From positions 256,001-320,000 of the forward strand of contig CAWDVE010000010.1 of the NCBI GenBank assembly GCA_963805625.1: a stretch of 64,000 nucleotides of DNA, in the 5' to 3' direction. A model generated the notes under the pieces. The model was not told the DNA's origin, did not search any database, and saw only the letters and a list, made by a program, of their open reading frames with translations. The translations under genes were made by a program, and so were the position numbers. This document shows, piece by piece, positions 32,966 to 43,018 of the stretch. How positions within the stretch are numbered: the first letter of the stretch is position 1; every line of letters starts with the position of its first letter. The stretch comes from an uncultured Candidatus Rokubacteria bacterium. GTDB lineage: Bacteria; Methylomirabilota; Methylomirabilia; Rokubacteriales; DASRDR01.

Positions 32966-34198
32966 GTGACGCGGGGGCCCGGCGTCTTGCCGTGCGGTCG
33001 TTTGCTGCGCGCCTGGCGCGAAGGGCGCGTGGGCCCGCTCCGCTTCGCCCTCACACCCGCGGCGTGGGCGTACCGCGGCGGCCTGGTGGTGCGGGACGCG
33101 GCCTACCGGCGCGGGTGGCTCGCTCGCGGGCGGCTGCCGTGTGCGGTGGTTTCCGTGGGGAACCTGACCGTCGGCGGCACTGGCAAGACACCGGCGGTCG
33201 AGATGGTGGCGCGCTGGCTCACCGACGATGGGCGCCGGGTGACGATCGTGAGCCGGGGATACGGCCGCCGTCCGGAAGCGCCCGTCGAGCTCGTGTCGGA
33301 TGGCGGCGTGCCAAGGCTTCCGGCCGAGCGGGCCGGCGATGAGCCGCTCCTCCTGGCGCGACGTCTCCCAGGGGTTGCCGTCGTCGTCGGGGCCGATCGC
33401 CTCCTGGCGGGCCAGTGGACAGTGGTGAATCTCCGCCCGGACGTGGTGCTGCTCGACGACGGATTCCAGCAGCGACGACTGCTGAAGGACGTGGAGATTG
33501 TGTGTCTCGATGCGCGTGCCCCATGGGGGCCAGGCGGGCTCTTCCCCCGGGGCACGCTTCGAGAGCCGCCATCCGCCCTTGCCAGGGCCCACCTTCTCAT
33601 CGCGACCCGGGCCGATGCCCGGTGGAACCTCGCCGGTCTCCTCGAGGAGATTCGGCACCACGCGGGGCCGGCGCCTTGTCTGGCTGCGGACTACGCGGTC
33701 GAAGGCCTCGAGGACCTGGAGTCGGGCGCGCTTCATCCCGCGTCGGCCCTCGCGGGCCGAGGAGTTCTCGCTTTCGCCGGGATTGCCGCGCCGGAACGGC
33801 TCGCGGAGACTCTGATCGCCCATGGTGCAATCGTCCGGGATGTTGTGGCTTTTCCGGATCACCACGCGTACGGGCCGCGTGATTTCGAAGCCGTGGCCCG
33901 GCGGGCCCGGGCTGCGGGTGCGAGCCTCCTGGTGACGACGGAGAAGGATGCGGTGCGCCTGAGAGCTCCGGGTACGCCGGGGACCACCGGTCCCGCGGCA
34001 ACGCCGCGCCAGGCCGGTGAGGCGCTCCTGCCCATGTGGGCGCTGCGCGTGCGGCTCGAGCCGCTCGAAGGCCGTGGATCCCAGGCCGAAGATGGTCCGT
34101 CGCAGGCCGAAGGCCGTTCAGCCAGTGCGTGGCGGGCCGAGCTGCGGGCCCGCGTCGACGCCGCAGCGCGGGAGGCGGGCGCGGAGGCGCGGCCGTGA
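32966..34198 (+). CDS. lpxK: tetraacyldisaccharide 4'-kinase LpxK
   Basis: SVGNLTVGGTGKTP, SRGY, GDEP, LDDGFQ, FPDHH, TTEKD; GTG preceded by GGGGAGG. Confidence 0.94.
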   Translation: MTRGPGVLPCGRLLRAWREGRVGPLRFALTPAAWAYRGGLVVRDAAYRRGWLARGRLPCAVVSVGNLTVGGTGKTPAVEMVARWLTDDGRRVTIVSRGYGRRPEAPVELVSDGGVPRLPAERAGDEPLLLARRLPGVAVVVGADRLLAGQWTVVNLRPDVVLLDDGFQQRRLLKDVEIVCLDARAPWGPGGLFPRGTLREPPSALARAHLLIATRADARWNLAGLLEEIRHHAGPAPCLAADYAVEGLEDLESGALHPASALAGRGVLAFAGIAAPERLAETLIAHGAIVRDVVAFPDHHAYGPRDFEAVARRARAAGASLLVTTEKDAVRLRAPGTPGTTGPAATPRQAGEALLPMWALRVRLEPLEGRGSQAEDGPSQAEGRSASAWRAELRARVDAAAREAGAEARP

Positions 34199-35220
34199 AG
34201 GCGGGCGTGATCCCCCAACGCGCGATCCAGCGCGTCCTGGTACGCTTCCCGAACTGGCTCGGCGACACGGTCATGGCGCTTCCCACTTTGCGGGCGCTGC
34301 GGGCCGCCCTTCCTGGCGCCGAGCTCTGGTGTCTCGGCCCCTGGGTGGGGACCATCCTCGAGACCGAGCCGGGCATCGCGCGGCGCCTCGTGTCGTCCGG
34401 AGGCGTGGCCGCGCGACTGGCGCAGGCCCGCCGTCTCCGGCAGGCGCGCTTCGACGTTGCGCTCATCCTGCCGAGCTCGTTCGAGACCGCCCTGGCCGGA
34501 TGGCTGAGCGGAGCCCGCTGGCGCGTGGGTTACGGAGAGGGACGGGACGCCCTGCTGACGCATGCGCTCCCGGCTCAGGCCGATCGGGTCCACCAGGTGG
34601 CGAGCTACCTCAGACTGCTCGCGCCTTTCGGCGTGGACGCTTTCCCGAGCCCGCCGACCCTGGCGATCGACGCCGCCCGCCGGGTAGAGGCGCGACGACT
34701 GCTGGGAGAAGTGGGAATGCCGCTCGGCGAGCCGCGCGTCGGGCTCCAGCTGGGGGCCGGGCACGGCCCCGCGAAGCTCTGGGCCCCCGCGCGCATCGCC
34801 GCGCTCGCGGTGCGGCTTCAGGCACGTGGCATCCACCCGGTGCTGCTCGGCGGTCCCCAGGCGCGTGGGCTCGCCGACGCGGTCCAGGCGGCGTCCGCGG
34901 AGCCGATCCGAAGCCTCGTTGGCCGTGACCGCCCGGCCCTCCTGGCCGCCCTCATTGCGGAGCTCGACGCGCTCGTTGGCGCGGACAGCGGACCCGCCCA
35001 TGTTGCCGCCGCGGTCGGGGTGCCGGCCGTGACCCTCTTCGGGCCCACCGACCCGCGGCTGACGGTGCCCCTCGGTCTTGGCCAGCAAGCGCTCTGGCAT
35101 CAACCGGCTTGCGGCCCCTGCTTTCTCCGGGAGTGCCCGATCGACCACCGGTGCCTCCGCGCGATCGAGGTCTCCGAGGTGGAGGCGGCGGTCGTGACCG
35201 CGCTGGCGGGGCGCCGGTGA
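34195..35220 (+). CDS. waaF: LPS heptosyltransferase II (GT9)
   Basis: PNWLGDTVM, GPAKLW, DSGPAHVAAA, LFGPT, C-terminal Cys cluster CGPCFLRECP...C. Confidence 0.85.
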   Translation: MKAGVIPQRAIQRVLVRFPNWLGDTVMALPTLRALRAALPGAELWCLGPWVGTILETEPGIARRLVSSGGVAARLAQARRLRQARFDVALILPSSFETALAGWLSGARWRVGYGEGRDALLTHALPAQADRVHQVASYLRLLAPFGVDAFPSPPTLAIDAARRVEARRLLGEVGMPLGEPRVGLQLGAGHGPAKLWAPARIAALAVRLQARGIHPVLLGGPQARGLADAVQAASAEPIRSLVGRDRPALLAALIAELDALVGADSGPAHVAAAVGVPAVTLFGPTDPRLTVPLGLGQQALWHQPACGPCFLRECPIDHRCLRAIEVSEVEAAVVTALAGRR

Positions 35221-36344
35221 GGCCGCTCCGGGTCCTGCACGTCGTCGCGAACCGCTGGTGGACCGGCAGCGCGGATCCTGCGCTGGACCTCGCGCGGGCC
35301 CTCAGGACGCGCGGCCACTCGGTATGGTTCGCCTGCGTCCGCGGGGACGTGCTCGAGACGCACGTTCGCGCGGCCGGGGTTCCGCTGGTAGAGGGGCTCT
35401 CGCTCGAGCGGACGGCGCGGCCGTGGCGGCTCGCCTCCCAGATCGGGAGGATCCGGCGCGCACTTCGAGAGCTCGAGATCGACCTGGTCCACGCCCACCA
35501 GACCCACGACCATTGGCTGGCGGCGCTGGGACGCCGTGGCACGGGGGCGAGGCTGGTCCGCACCGTGCACCATCGCCGGGCCGTCCACTCCGGGCCGGCC
35601 GCCCGCTGGCTCCTCCGGCAGACCGATGCGCTGATCGCGGTCAGCGAGGGTATCGCGGAGCGGCTGCGCGCCGTGGGGGCGTCCGCGGCCCGCGTGACCG
35701 TCGTGCCGGGCGCCGTGGATGTGGAGCGCTTCGCGCCCGACGCGTCCGGTGAGGCGGTGCGGGCGGAGCTCGGGCTGGGAGATGCCCCGGTGGTCGGCTG
35801 CGTCGCGCGGATGGTGCCGGGCCGAGGCCACGACGTGCTGCTTCGCGCGGCGGCGCGTCTCCGCGACCGCTTGCCCGAGGCCCGCCTGGTGCTGGTGGGC
35901 CGGGGCGAGCATCGACCCGCCCTCGAGCGCCTCGCGCGAGACCTGGGGCTCGGGGCTACCGTCGTCTTCGCGGGCTACCGGGGCGCCGACCTGCCGGCGG
36001 TCCTGGCCGCGGTCGACTGCGTGGTGCTCTTGGGCATGGGATCGGAGGAGTCCTGCCGGGCCGTGCTCGAGGCGATGGCGGTGGGGCGCCCAGTCGTGGC
36101 CGTTCCGGTGGGTGCCGTTCCGGAGATCGTGGTCGATGGGGAGACGGGATGGCTCGTCGACCCGGCGCCCGACGCCGTCGCGGCGTGTCTCGAGGCAGCG
36201 CTCCGCGATCGGGGGCGCGCACGCCAGCTGGGGAAGGCGGGGCGACGTCGCGTGGAGGCGTTCTTCACGCCGTCGCGGCGCGCGGCGGTGGTCGAGGCCA
36301 TCTACGGCGGGGTGCTCGCCAAAGAAGCGCTTCCTCGCCGGTGA
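35217..36344 (+). CDS. glycosyltransferase family 4
   Basis: GT-B pattern, EESCRAVLEAMAVGRPVV, GAVPEIV...TGWLV. Confidence 0.85.
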   Translation: MRPLRVLHVVANRWWTGSADPALDLARALRTRGHSVWFACVRGDVLETHVRAAGVPLVEGLSLERTARPWRLASQIGRIRRALRELEIDLVHAHQTHDHWLAALGRRGTGARLVRTVHHRRAVHSGPAARWLLRQTDALIAVSEGIAERLRAVGASAARVTVVPGAVDVERFAPDASGEAVRAELGLGDAPVVGCVARMVPGRGHDVLLRAAARLRDRLPEARLVLVGRGEHRPALERLARDLGLGATVVFAGYRGADLPAVLAAVDCVVLLGMGSEESCRAVLEAMAVGRPVVAVPVGAVPEIVVDGETGWLVDPAPDAVAACLEAALRDRGRARQLGKAGRRRVEAFFTPSRRAAVVEAIYGGVLAKEALPRR

Positions 36345-36351
36345 GCCATCA

Positions 36352-36363
36352 GTATAATGACGC
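36352..36363 (+). promoter_or_regulatory. consensus -10 (TATAAT) upstream of rfaE1
   Basis: TATAAT at 36353-36358 just after the GT4 stop. Confidence 0.55.
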
Positions 36364-36432
36364 CGATGAGTTACAGGTCGGAAGTGTGCGTCGCCATGAG
36401 CCGAACCCTCTCGATGTTTCCCCGACCACGCC

Positions 36433-37479
36433 GTGCCTAGTCCTCAGGCCGCCGAACTCCTCCGGGTCATCCAGGGGTTCGAGGGCCGGCGAGTCCTCGT
36501 CGTGGGCGACCTCGTCGCGGACGAGTACGTCTTCGGCCAGCCCGAGCGCATCTCCCGTGAAGCTCCCGTCCTGGTTCTCCGGTACCTCTCGCAGGAGATC
36601 CGTCTGGGGGGCGCCGCGAATGCCTGCCACAATCTCCATACCCTGGGCGCGAAGGTCCTGCCGCTGGGGGTGGTGGGGGAGGACCCGGCAGGTGAGGCGA
36701 TCCGCCGTTCGCTGGCCGATCGGGGTGTCCTTACCGACGGCATCATCCCGGTTCCGGCTCGGCCCACCCCGGTCAAGACACGGATCCTCGGGGGCGGGTG
36801 GGGATCCCGGTCCGCCCGCCAGCAGATCGTTCGCGTGGACCGGGAGCCGGAGGGCGCGATCCCTCCCGGGGCGGAAGCGCTGCTGGTCGAGCGGCTCCGC
36901 GAATGGGCGGGACGCGTGGACGCGGTGGTCCTCTCGGACTACGGTTATGGCACGGTCACCCCGCGCATCCTGGCCGAGATCCGGGTGCGAAGCGAGAGAG
37001 GGGCCATCGTGACCGCTGACTCCCGGTACGACCTCCTCAGGTTCGACCGGCTCACGGCCGCGACCCCGAGCGAGTCGGAGGTCGAGCACCTTCTGGGGAC
37101 GTCGCTCGATGGGGACAAGGCCGTGGAGCAGGCGGGCTGGCAGCTCCTCGAGCGACTCGGCTCGCGCTGCCTTCTGGTCACCCGCGGGGCGAAGGGGCTG
37201 GCCCTGTTCGAGCGTGGCGGCGAGGCGACGTTCGTGCCCATCTTCGGAAGCGACGAGATCGCGGACGTCACCGGTGCGGGCGACACCGTCATCAGCGCGT
37301 TCACCCTGGCGCTCGCGAGCGGGGCACGGCCGGTGGACGCGGCCCGGCTGTCCAACTACGCGGGCGGCCTCGTGGTCATGAAGCGTGGCACGGCCACGGT
37401 GTCACGGGACGAGGTGGCAGAGGCCGTGCGCCATGACCTGGGAGCCGGGACGCATGACGGGCCGAGTGCTCGATCTTGA
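36433..37479 (+). CDS. rfaE1: heptose-7-phosphate kinase (RfaE domain I / HldA)
   Basis: [28 protein letters not shown]. Confidence 0.9.
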   Translation: MPSPQAAELLRVIQGFEGRRVLVVGDLVADEYVFGQPERISREAPVLVLRYLSQEIRLGGAANACHNLHTLGAKVLPLGVVGEDPAGEAIRRSLADRGVLTDGIIPVPARPTPVKTRILGGGWGSRSARQQIVRVDREPEGAIPPGAEALLVERLREWAGRVDAVVLSDYGYGTVTPRILAEIRVRSERGAIVTADSRYDLLRFDRLTAATPSESEVEHLLGTSLDGDKAVEQAGWQLLERLGSRCLLVTRGAKGLALFERGGEATFVPIFGSDEIADVTGAGDTVISAFTLALASGARPVDAARLSNYAGGLVVMKRGTATVSRDEVAEAVRHDLGAGTHDGPSARS

Positions 37480-37954
37480 GGGGGCGCGGAGCACGGCCGA
37501 GGCGGCTCGGGCCTCGGGCCGCCGCGTGGTGCTTGCCAACGGGTGCTTCGACCTCCTTCACGTGGGGCACGTGCGGTACCTCGCGGATGCCCGCGCCCTG
37601 GGTGACCTGCTGATCGTGGGCGTCAACGGGGACGCCGCCGTGCGGCGCCTCAAGGGTCCCGGCCGGCCTCTCATGCCCGCCGCCGAGCGTGCCGAGATCC
37701 TGGCGGCGCTGCGGGTCGTCGACCACGTGGTGATCTTCGACGACGACACGGCGGACGCGCTGGTCGCGCTGCTCCGCCCCGCGGTTCACGCGAAGGGCAC
37801 GGACTACACTCCCGAGTCGGTGCCCGAGCGGACGGCGGTCCTCGCCGCCGGCGGCCGCATCGCCATCACGGGGGACGCCAAGCAGCACTCCACGCGGGAC
37901 GTGATCGCCGAGATCCTGGCGCGTTTCGGGCGGGACCAGGAGGCGCTCCGGTGA
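37454..37954 (+). CDS. rfaE2: heptose-1-phosphate adenylyltransferase (RfaE domain II / HldC)
   Basis: [27 protein letters not shown]. Confidence 0.92.
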   Translation: MTGRVLDLEGARSTAEAARASGRRVVLANGCFDLLHVGHVRYLADARALGDLLIVGVNGDAAVRRLKGPGRPLMPAAERAEILAALRVVDHVVIFDDDTADALVALLRPAVHAKGTDYTPESVPERTAVLAAGGRIAITGDAKQHSTRDVIAEILARFGRDQEALR

Positions 37955-38988
37955 TCCCCCCCCGCGACGCGGCACCGCGCATCGCCCTGGTGAAGCTCTC
38001 CTCACTCGGGGACGTCGTTCACGCGCTGCCGGCGGCGGGGGCGCTGCGCGCCTGGTGGCCGCGGGCCGAGCTGACGTGGGTGGTCGAGCGGCGCGAGGAG
38101 GCGATCCTCGGCGGTAACCCGGACGTGAACCACGTCGTGGCTGTCGACACGCGGCTCTGGCGGCGGGAGTTCAGACGCCCGGGCAGTGCTCCGGCGGTGG
38201 TCGCCAAGGTGCGCGGCCTCGTCCGCCGGCTCGCAGCCGGGCGATTCGACATGGCCGTAGACCTCCAGGGGCTCTGGAAGAGTGGGGTCATCATGGCCCT
38301 CACGCGGGCGCCCCTCCGCGTCGGGTTGGCGGCCACACACTGCCGGGAGCGCCCCAGCGCCTGGTTCACGAACCGGCATGTGACGCCCCCCGGGGCGGCG
38401 GTGCACGTGGTCGACCAATACCTGGCGGTCGTCGCGGCGCTCGGGATCGATCTGGCCGCCGTCGGCCCACCGGCGTTTCCGATCTCGAGGGAGCCCGCCG
38501 CCGAAGCCAGGATGGCGCGCTGGCTCGAAGAAGAGGGAGCCAAGGCGACGACGCCTCTCGTGCTGCTGAATCCGGGCTCGGGCGGCGACCACAAGCGCTG
38601 GGCGGTCGAGGCCTTCCGGCGTCTCGGCGAAGAGCTGGCGGTACGCCTCGGGGCGCGCGTGGCCATCACCTGGGGCCCGGGGGAAGAGCCCCTGGCGCGT
38701 GCGATCGCCCACGGCATGCGGACCGGGGCCCTCGTACCCCCGTCCACGACGATCATCGAGATGATCGCTCTCTTTCGGCGGGCGGCGCTCGTCATCGGAG
38801 GGGACACGGGCCCGGTGCACGTCGCCGCGGTGCTCGGGGTCCCGACGATCGGGCTCTACGGTCCGACGAGCGCCCGGCGAAACGGACCGTACGGACCCCG
38901 GGTGGCGGCGATCCAGAGCCTGAACGGTCGGATGGACGGAGTGTCCGTCGAGGCCGTCCTCGGCGCGACGCAGGCGTTGCTCCGCTGA
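37951..38988 (+). CDS. waaC: LPS heptosyltransferase I (GT9)
   Basis: [34 protein letters not shown]. Confidence 0.85.
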   Translation: MIPPRDAAPRIALVKLSSLGDVVHALPAAGALRAWWPRAELTWVVERREEAILGGNPDVNHVVAVDTRLWRREFRRPGSAPAVVAKVRGLVRRLAAGRFDMAVDLQGLWKSGVIMALTRAPLRVGLAATHCRERPSAWFTNRHVTPPGAAVHVVDQYLAVVAALGIDLAAVGPPAFPISREPAAEARMARWLEEEGAKATTPLVLLNPGSGGDHKRWAVEAFRRLGEELAVRLGARVAITWGPGEEPLARAIAHGMRTGALVPPSTTIIEMIALFRRAALVIGGDTGPVHVAAVLGVPTIGLYGPTSARRNGPYGPRVAAIQSLNGRMDGVSVEAVLGATQALLR

Positions 38989-39002
38989 GCCCGGAGGACG
39001 CG

Positions 39003-39761
39003 GTGGCGAGCCTGTCGGTGGCGATCGTGGTCCTGAACGAGGAGGAGCGGCTCCGCGCGTGCCTGGAGAGCGTCGTGTGGGCGGACGAGCTCGTGGTCAT
39101 CGACGCCGGCTCGAGCGACAAGACGGTGGCGATCGCCCGGGAGTTCACCGATCGGGTCCTCTTCCGAGCCTGGGACGGGTACGCTGCTCAGAAGAACTTC
39201 GCGCTCGGCCAGTGTCACGGGGACTGGGTCCTCTCGCTCGATGCGGACGAGCGCGTGTCGGACACCCTCCGCGAGGAGATCCAGGCCACACTCCGGAGCG
39301 AGAGCCGCCAGGTGGGCTTCTACCTACCGCGGCGGAACCTGTTCCAGAGGCGGTGGGTACGCCACGGTGGTCTCTATCCCGACTGGCAGCTCCGGCTGTT
39401 CCGCCGGGGGCGGGGGGCGTTCGTCGAGCGGGCCGTCCACGAATCGGTGCGGGCGGACGGGCCGACGGGGCGGTTCGGCGAGCCGCTGATCCACGAGAGT
39501 TACCGGAGCATCGGCGACGCTGTCGCGCGCCTCAACCGGTACTCCGACCTTGCCGCGATCGAGCTGGCCGCGACCGGGCGCGGCGGCAGCCTGGCAGATC
39601 TCCTGGTCCGCCCGGCCTGGCGATTCGTGTCGATGTACCTCTTGCAGGCGGGGTTTCTCGACGGCTGGCGGGGCCTCGTGCTGGCGGGCCTCCATGCTCA
39701 CTATGTCTTTCTGCGCGCCGCCAAGGTTCGCGAGCGGCGATGGGAGCGGGGGGCGGCGTGA
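39003..39761 (+). CDS. glycosyltransferase family 2 (WaaE/KdtX-like)
   Basis: NEEERL, DAGSSD, QKNFA, LDADE, PDWQLRLF, VHE, GFLDG. Confidence 0.88.
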   Translation: MASLSVAIVVLNEEERLRACLESVVWADELVVIDAGSSDKTVAIAREFTDRVLFRAWDGYAAQKNFALGQCHGDWVLSLDADERVSDTLREEIQATLRSESRQVGFYLPRRNLFQRRWVRHGGLYPDWQLRLFRRGRGAFVERAVHESVRADGPTGRFGEPLIHESYRSIGDAVARLNRYSDLAAIELAATGRGGSLADLLVRPAWRFVSMYLLQAGFLDGWRGLVLAGLHAHYVFLRAAKVRERRWERGAA

Positions 39762-40501
39762 CGCGGGCGGTCGCGGTGATCCCCGCACGCTGGGCTTCGA
39801 TTCGCTTTCCGGGCAAGGCTCTGGTCGTGGTTCGGGGCAAGCCCCTGGTGCAGCACGTCTGGGAGCGGGCCCGCGAGCTCGAGACCGTCGAGCGGGTGGT
39901 TGTCGCGACGGACGACGAGCGGATCGCCGCGGCCGTGCGTGGCTTCGGGGGCACAGTCGTCATGACGGGAACCGAGTGCCCGAACGGCACCGACCGCGTC
40001 GCCCAGGCGACGCGGGACTGGCCCGTGGATCTGGTGGTGAATCTCCAAGGAGACGAGCCGACTTTCGAGGTGAAAGCCCTGGACCAGCTGGTGCGGGTAA
40101 TGGCGGAGGAGCCGGCGATCGAGATGGGAACGCTCGCCCACCCCGTGGCGGACGAGGCCGAGCACCGGGATCCGAACGCCGTCAAGGTCGTGCTCGACCA
40201 GTCGGGCCACGCCCTCTACTTCACGCGGGCGCCCATCCCCTATGCCCGCCAGGCGGGGCTCGTGGTGCCGCTGCGCCACGTCGGGATCTACGTCTTCCGG
40301 CACGCGTTCTTGCAACGCTACGCGCGGCTCGCGCCCACGCCGCTCGAGCAGACGGAGCGGCTGGAGCAGTTGCGGGCCCTCGAGCACGGGGTCCGCATTC
40401 GCGTCCTGCTGACACCGCACGGCTCGATCGGCGTCGACACCCCGGCCGACGTCGACCGGCTGGCGGCCTATCTCGAGGGTCGGGAAGGCCGGGGCCAATG
40501 A
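39758..40501 (+). CDS. kdsB: CMP-Kdo synthetase
   Basis: IPARWASIRFPGK, GTDR, NLQGDEP, HVGIY, ERLEQLRALE, VDTP. Confidence 0.96.
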   Translation: MTRAVAVIPARWASIRFPGKALVVVRGKPLVQHVWERARELETVERVVVATDDERIAAAVRGFGGTVVMTGTECPNGTDRVAQATRDWPVDLVVNLQGDEPTFEVKALDQLVRVMAEEPAIEMGTLAHPVADEAEHRDPNAVKVVLDQSGHALYFTRAPIPYARQAGLVVPLRHVGIYVFRHAFLQRYARLAPTPLEQTERLEQLRALEHGVRIRVLLTPHGSIGVDTPADVDRLAAYLEGREGRGQ

Positions 40502-41484
40502 CCACTCGCCCGCGCGTGCTCTCGGGGATGCGGCCGACCGGCCGCCTCCACCTCGGGAACTACCTCGGCGCCCTCGACAACTGGGTGCGCCTCCAGGCGG
40601 ACTTCGACTGCTTCTACTTCGTGGCTGACTGGCACGCCTTGACAACGGAGATACCCGCCAAGGGCGAGATTGCGACGAACACGCTCGAGATGGCGGCCGA
40701 CTGGCTCGGCGCGGGCCTCGATCCGGAGCGGAGCACGATCTTCATGCAGTCGCTCGTGCCCGAGCACGCGGAGCTCCACCTGCTCTTCTCGATGGTTACG
40801 CCGGTCTCGTGGCTCGAGCGCGTGCCGACGTACAAGGAGATGGTCGACCAACTGGGGATCCAGTCGCCCTCCTACGGGCTCCTGGGCTACCCCTTGCTCC
40901 AGGCCGCGGACATCCTGATCTACCGGCCGCGGTACGTGCCGGTCGGCGTCGACCAGGCGCCTCACATCGAGCTGACGCGGGAGGTCGCACGGCGGTTCAA
41001 CCACCTCTTCGGGGCGGTTCTCCTCGAGCCCGAGATCAAGCTGACCGCGATTCCCAAGGTTCCGGGGACGGACGGCCGCAAGATGTCGAAATCCTACGAC
41101 AACGCGATCTACCTGGCCAACCCGCCCGAGGTGACGGTGCCCAAGATTAAGACCATGGTCACCGACCCTGCGAGGAAGCGGCGCGCGGATCCCGGGAACC
41201 CCGACGTCTGCCCGGTGTTCGATCTCCACCGGATCTTCTCGCCGGAGGCGGATCGCGCCCGCGTGGCTCAGGGATGCCGCACGGCCGGGATCGGATGCCT
41301 CGACTGCAAGGGCGTGCTTCTCGAGCACATGCTGCCGCCTCTCGAGGCGATCCGGGAGCGGCGTGCGCGCATGGCCGCGCGGCCCGATCATCTGCGCGAG
41401 GTGCTGCGCGAGGGCTCCATCCGCGCTCGGCGCATCGCGTCGGAGACGCTGGCGGAGGCGAAGGCCGCTGTGGGGATCCTGTGA
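40498..41484 (+). CDS. trpS: tryptophan--tRNA ligase
   Basis: SGMRPTGRLHLGN, YPLLQAADIL, DQAPH, KMSKS. Confidence 0.98.
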   Translation: MTTRPRVLSGMRPTGRLHLGNYLGALDNWVRLQADFDCFYFVADWHALTTEIPAKGEIATNTLEMAADWLGAGLDPERSTIFMQSLVPEHAELHLLFSMVTPVSWLERVPTYKEMVDQLGIQSPSYGLLGYPLLQAADILIYRPRYVPVGVDQAPHIELTREVARRFNHLFGAVLLEPEIKLTAIPKVPGTDGRKMSKSYDNAIYLANPPEVTVPKIKTMVTDPARKRRADPGNPDVCPVFDLHRIFSPEADRARVAQGCRTAGIGCLDCKGVLLEHMLPPLEAIRERRARMAARPDHLREVLREGSIRARRIASETLAEAKAAVGIL

Positions 41485-41536
41485 CGCCACAGGCCGAAGG
41501 CCGTCGGCTCAACGCCTGTGGAGCCAGGGTAGCCCT

Positions 41537-42325
41537 GTGAGCGAGGCGACGACGGCAGTCCCGGTCGCCGCGGCTGCGTCCCCTTCGCCCCTCACGGTGA
41601 GGCTGGAGGAGTTCGAGGGACCCCTCGACCTGCTCCTCCACCTGGCGCGGACGGAGGAGATCGACCTCGCGCGCCTGCCGATCCGGCGGATCACGGACCA
41701 GTACCTCGCCTACCTGGAGTCGACCGAGTTCCGGGACCTCGACGACGCGGGAGCCTTTCTCGTGCTCGCGGCGACGCTCGTGTACCTGAAGTCCCGCCTG
41801 CTCCTGCCGCCGTCCGAGACCGAGGAGGAGAGCCTCGAGGAGGACGCGGAGCTCCTCCGGCAGGAGCTCGAGGCACGTCTCCGTGCTTACGCCCGGGTCA
41901 AGGAGATCGGCATCTGGCTTCGCGAGCGCGAGACCGAGTGGAGCACCCGGTTCACGCGGACCTGGAGCGAGCTGCCGGTGCCGGAGTACCTGCCGATCGA
42001 GAGCCTCTCCCTCTGGGACCTCACCGAGACGTATCGCGCCTTCCTGGTCCGGCTCGCGCAGGCCGAGCCGACGCGGGAGGTGGAGCCCGAGGGCCCGCCG
42101 CTTCTCGAGCGCATGGCGATGATCGCGGCCGTGCTCGAGCAGTCCTGGTACGTCCTGTTCTCGACCCTGCTCGGGACCTCGCCGCCCAGACCCGAGGTGG
42201 TGGTGACGCTTCTGGCGGTCCTCGAGCTGGTCCGCCTCCAGCGCGCGCGAGCGCAGCAGAACGAGCTGTTCGGTGAGATCGTGATCGAGCGGGGATCCGG
42301 GGAGGCGACGGTCCGTGATGCCTGA
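41537..42325 (+). CDS. scpA: segregation and condensation protein ScpA
   Basis: FEGPLDLLLHL, LKSRLLLP, LAVLELVR, QNELFGEI. Confidence 0.94.
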   Translation: MSEATTAVPVAAAASPSPLTVRLEEFEGPLDLLLHLARTEEIDLARLPIRRITDQYLAYLESTEFRDLDDAGAFLVLAATLVYLKSRLLLPPSETEEESLEEDAELLRQELEARLRAYARVKEIGIWLRERETEWSTRFTRTWSELPVPEYLPIESLSLWDLTETYRAFLVRLAQAEPTREVEPEGPPLLERMAMIAAVLEQSWYVLFSTLLGTSPPRPEVVVTLLAVLELVRLQRARAQQNELFGEIVIERGSGEATVRDA

Positions 42326-43013
42326 GGGCGGGGAGCGGGTGGTGGTCCCGGCGGCGGTGGCGCCCGAGCTGGTGGGGCAGCTGGAAGCGATCCTCTTCGC
42401 CTCCGACGCGCCGCTCCCGATCGAGCGGCTCGCCGAGGTTCTCGAGATCGTTCCGGCGGACGCGCGCGCCGTGGTCGACGCGCTGCGCCTGGCGTGCGAC
42501 GAGGCGGCGCGCGGCCTGGCCGTGGTAGAGGTCGGGGGCGGCGTGCGCCTGGTGACGCGGCCCGAGCACGCTCCTGTGCTCATGAGCCTCCAGCGGCTCC
42601 GGCTGAAGAGCCGGCTGTCCAGGGCGGCGGTGGAGACGCTGACGATCGTCGCGTACCGCCAGCCGATCTCGCGGCCCGAGATCGAGCAGCTCCGGGGCGT
42701 CGGGACCGAGAGCGTGCTGACGCACCTCCTCGAGCGGCGCCTCGTCCGGGTCGTCGGCCGGAAAGCTACCCCGGGGCGCCCGGTGCTTTACGGAACGACG
42801 CGCGAGTTCCTCGAGCACTTCGGCTTGCGTGATCTCGGGGACCTCCCGCCCTTCGAATCGCCGGCGGGCGCGCCCGGGGAGGCACCTTCCGGAAGCGAAA
42901 CCGCCGAGCCAGTCGACGTGCTGGCCGATTCGGAATCCGTCGACGCGGACCTCGCGCATGATGCTGGCTCGGACGGGGTCGGGGAGGAGCGCGGGCTTTC
43001 GTCCCCGGCCTGA
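42318..43013 (+). CDS. scpB: segregation and condensation protein ScpB
   Basis: LEAILF, LSRAAVETLTIVAYRQP, PGRPVLYGTT, FLEHFGL. Confidence 0.95.
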   Translation: MPEGGERVVVPAAVAPELVGQLEAILFASDAPLPIERLAEVLEIVPADARAVVDALRLACDEAARGLAVVEVGGGVRLVTRPEHAPVLMSLQRLRLKSRLSRAAVETLTIVAYRQPISRPEIEQLRGVGTESVLTHLLERRLVRVVGRKATPGRPVLYGTTREFLEHFGLRDLGDLPPFESPAGAPGEAPSGSETAEPVDVLADSESVDADLAHDAGSDGVGEERGLSSPA

Positions 43014-43018
43014 CGGCC

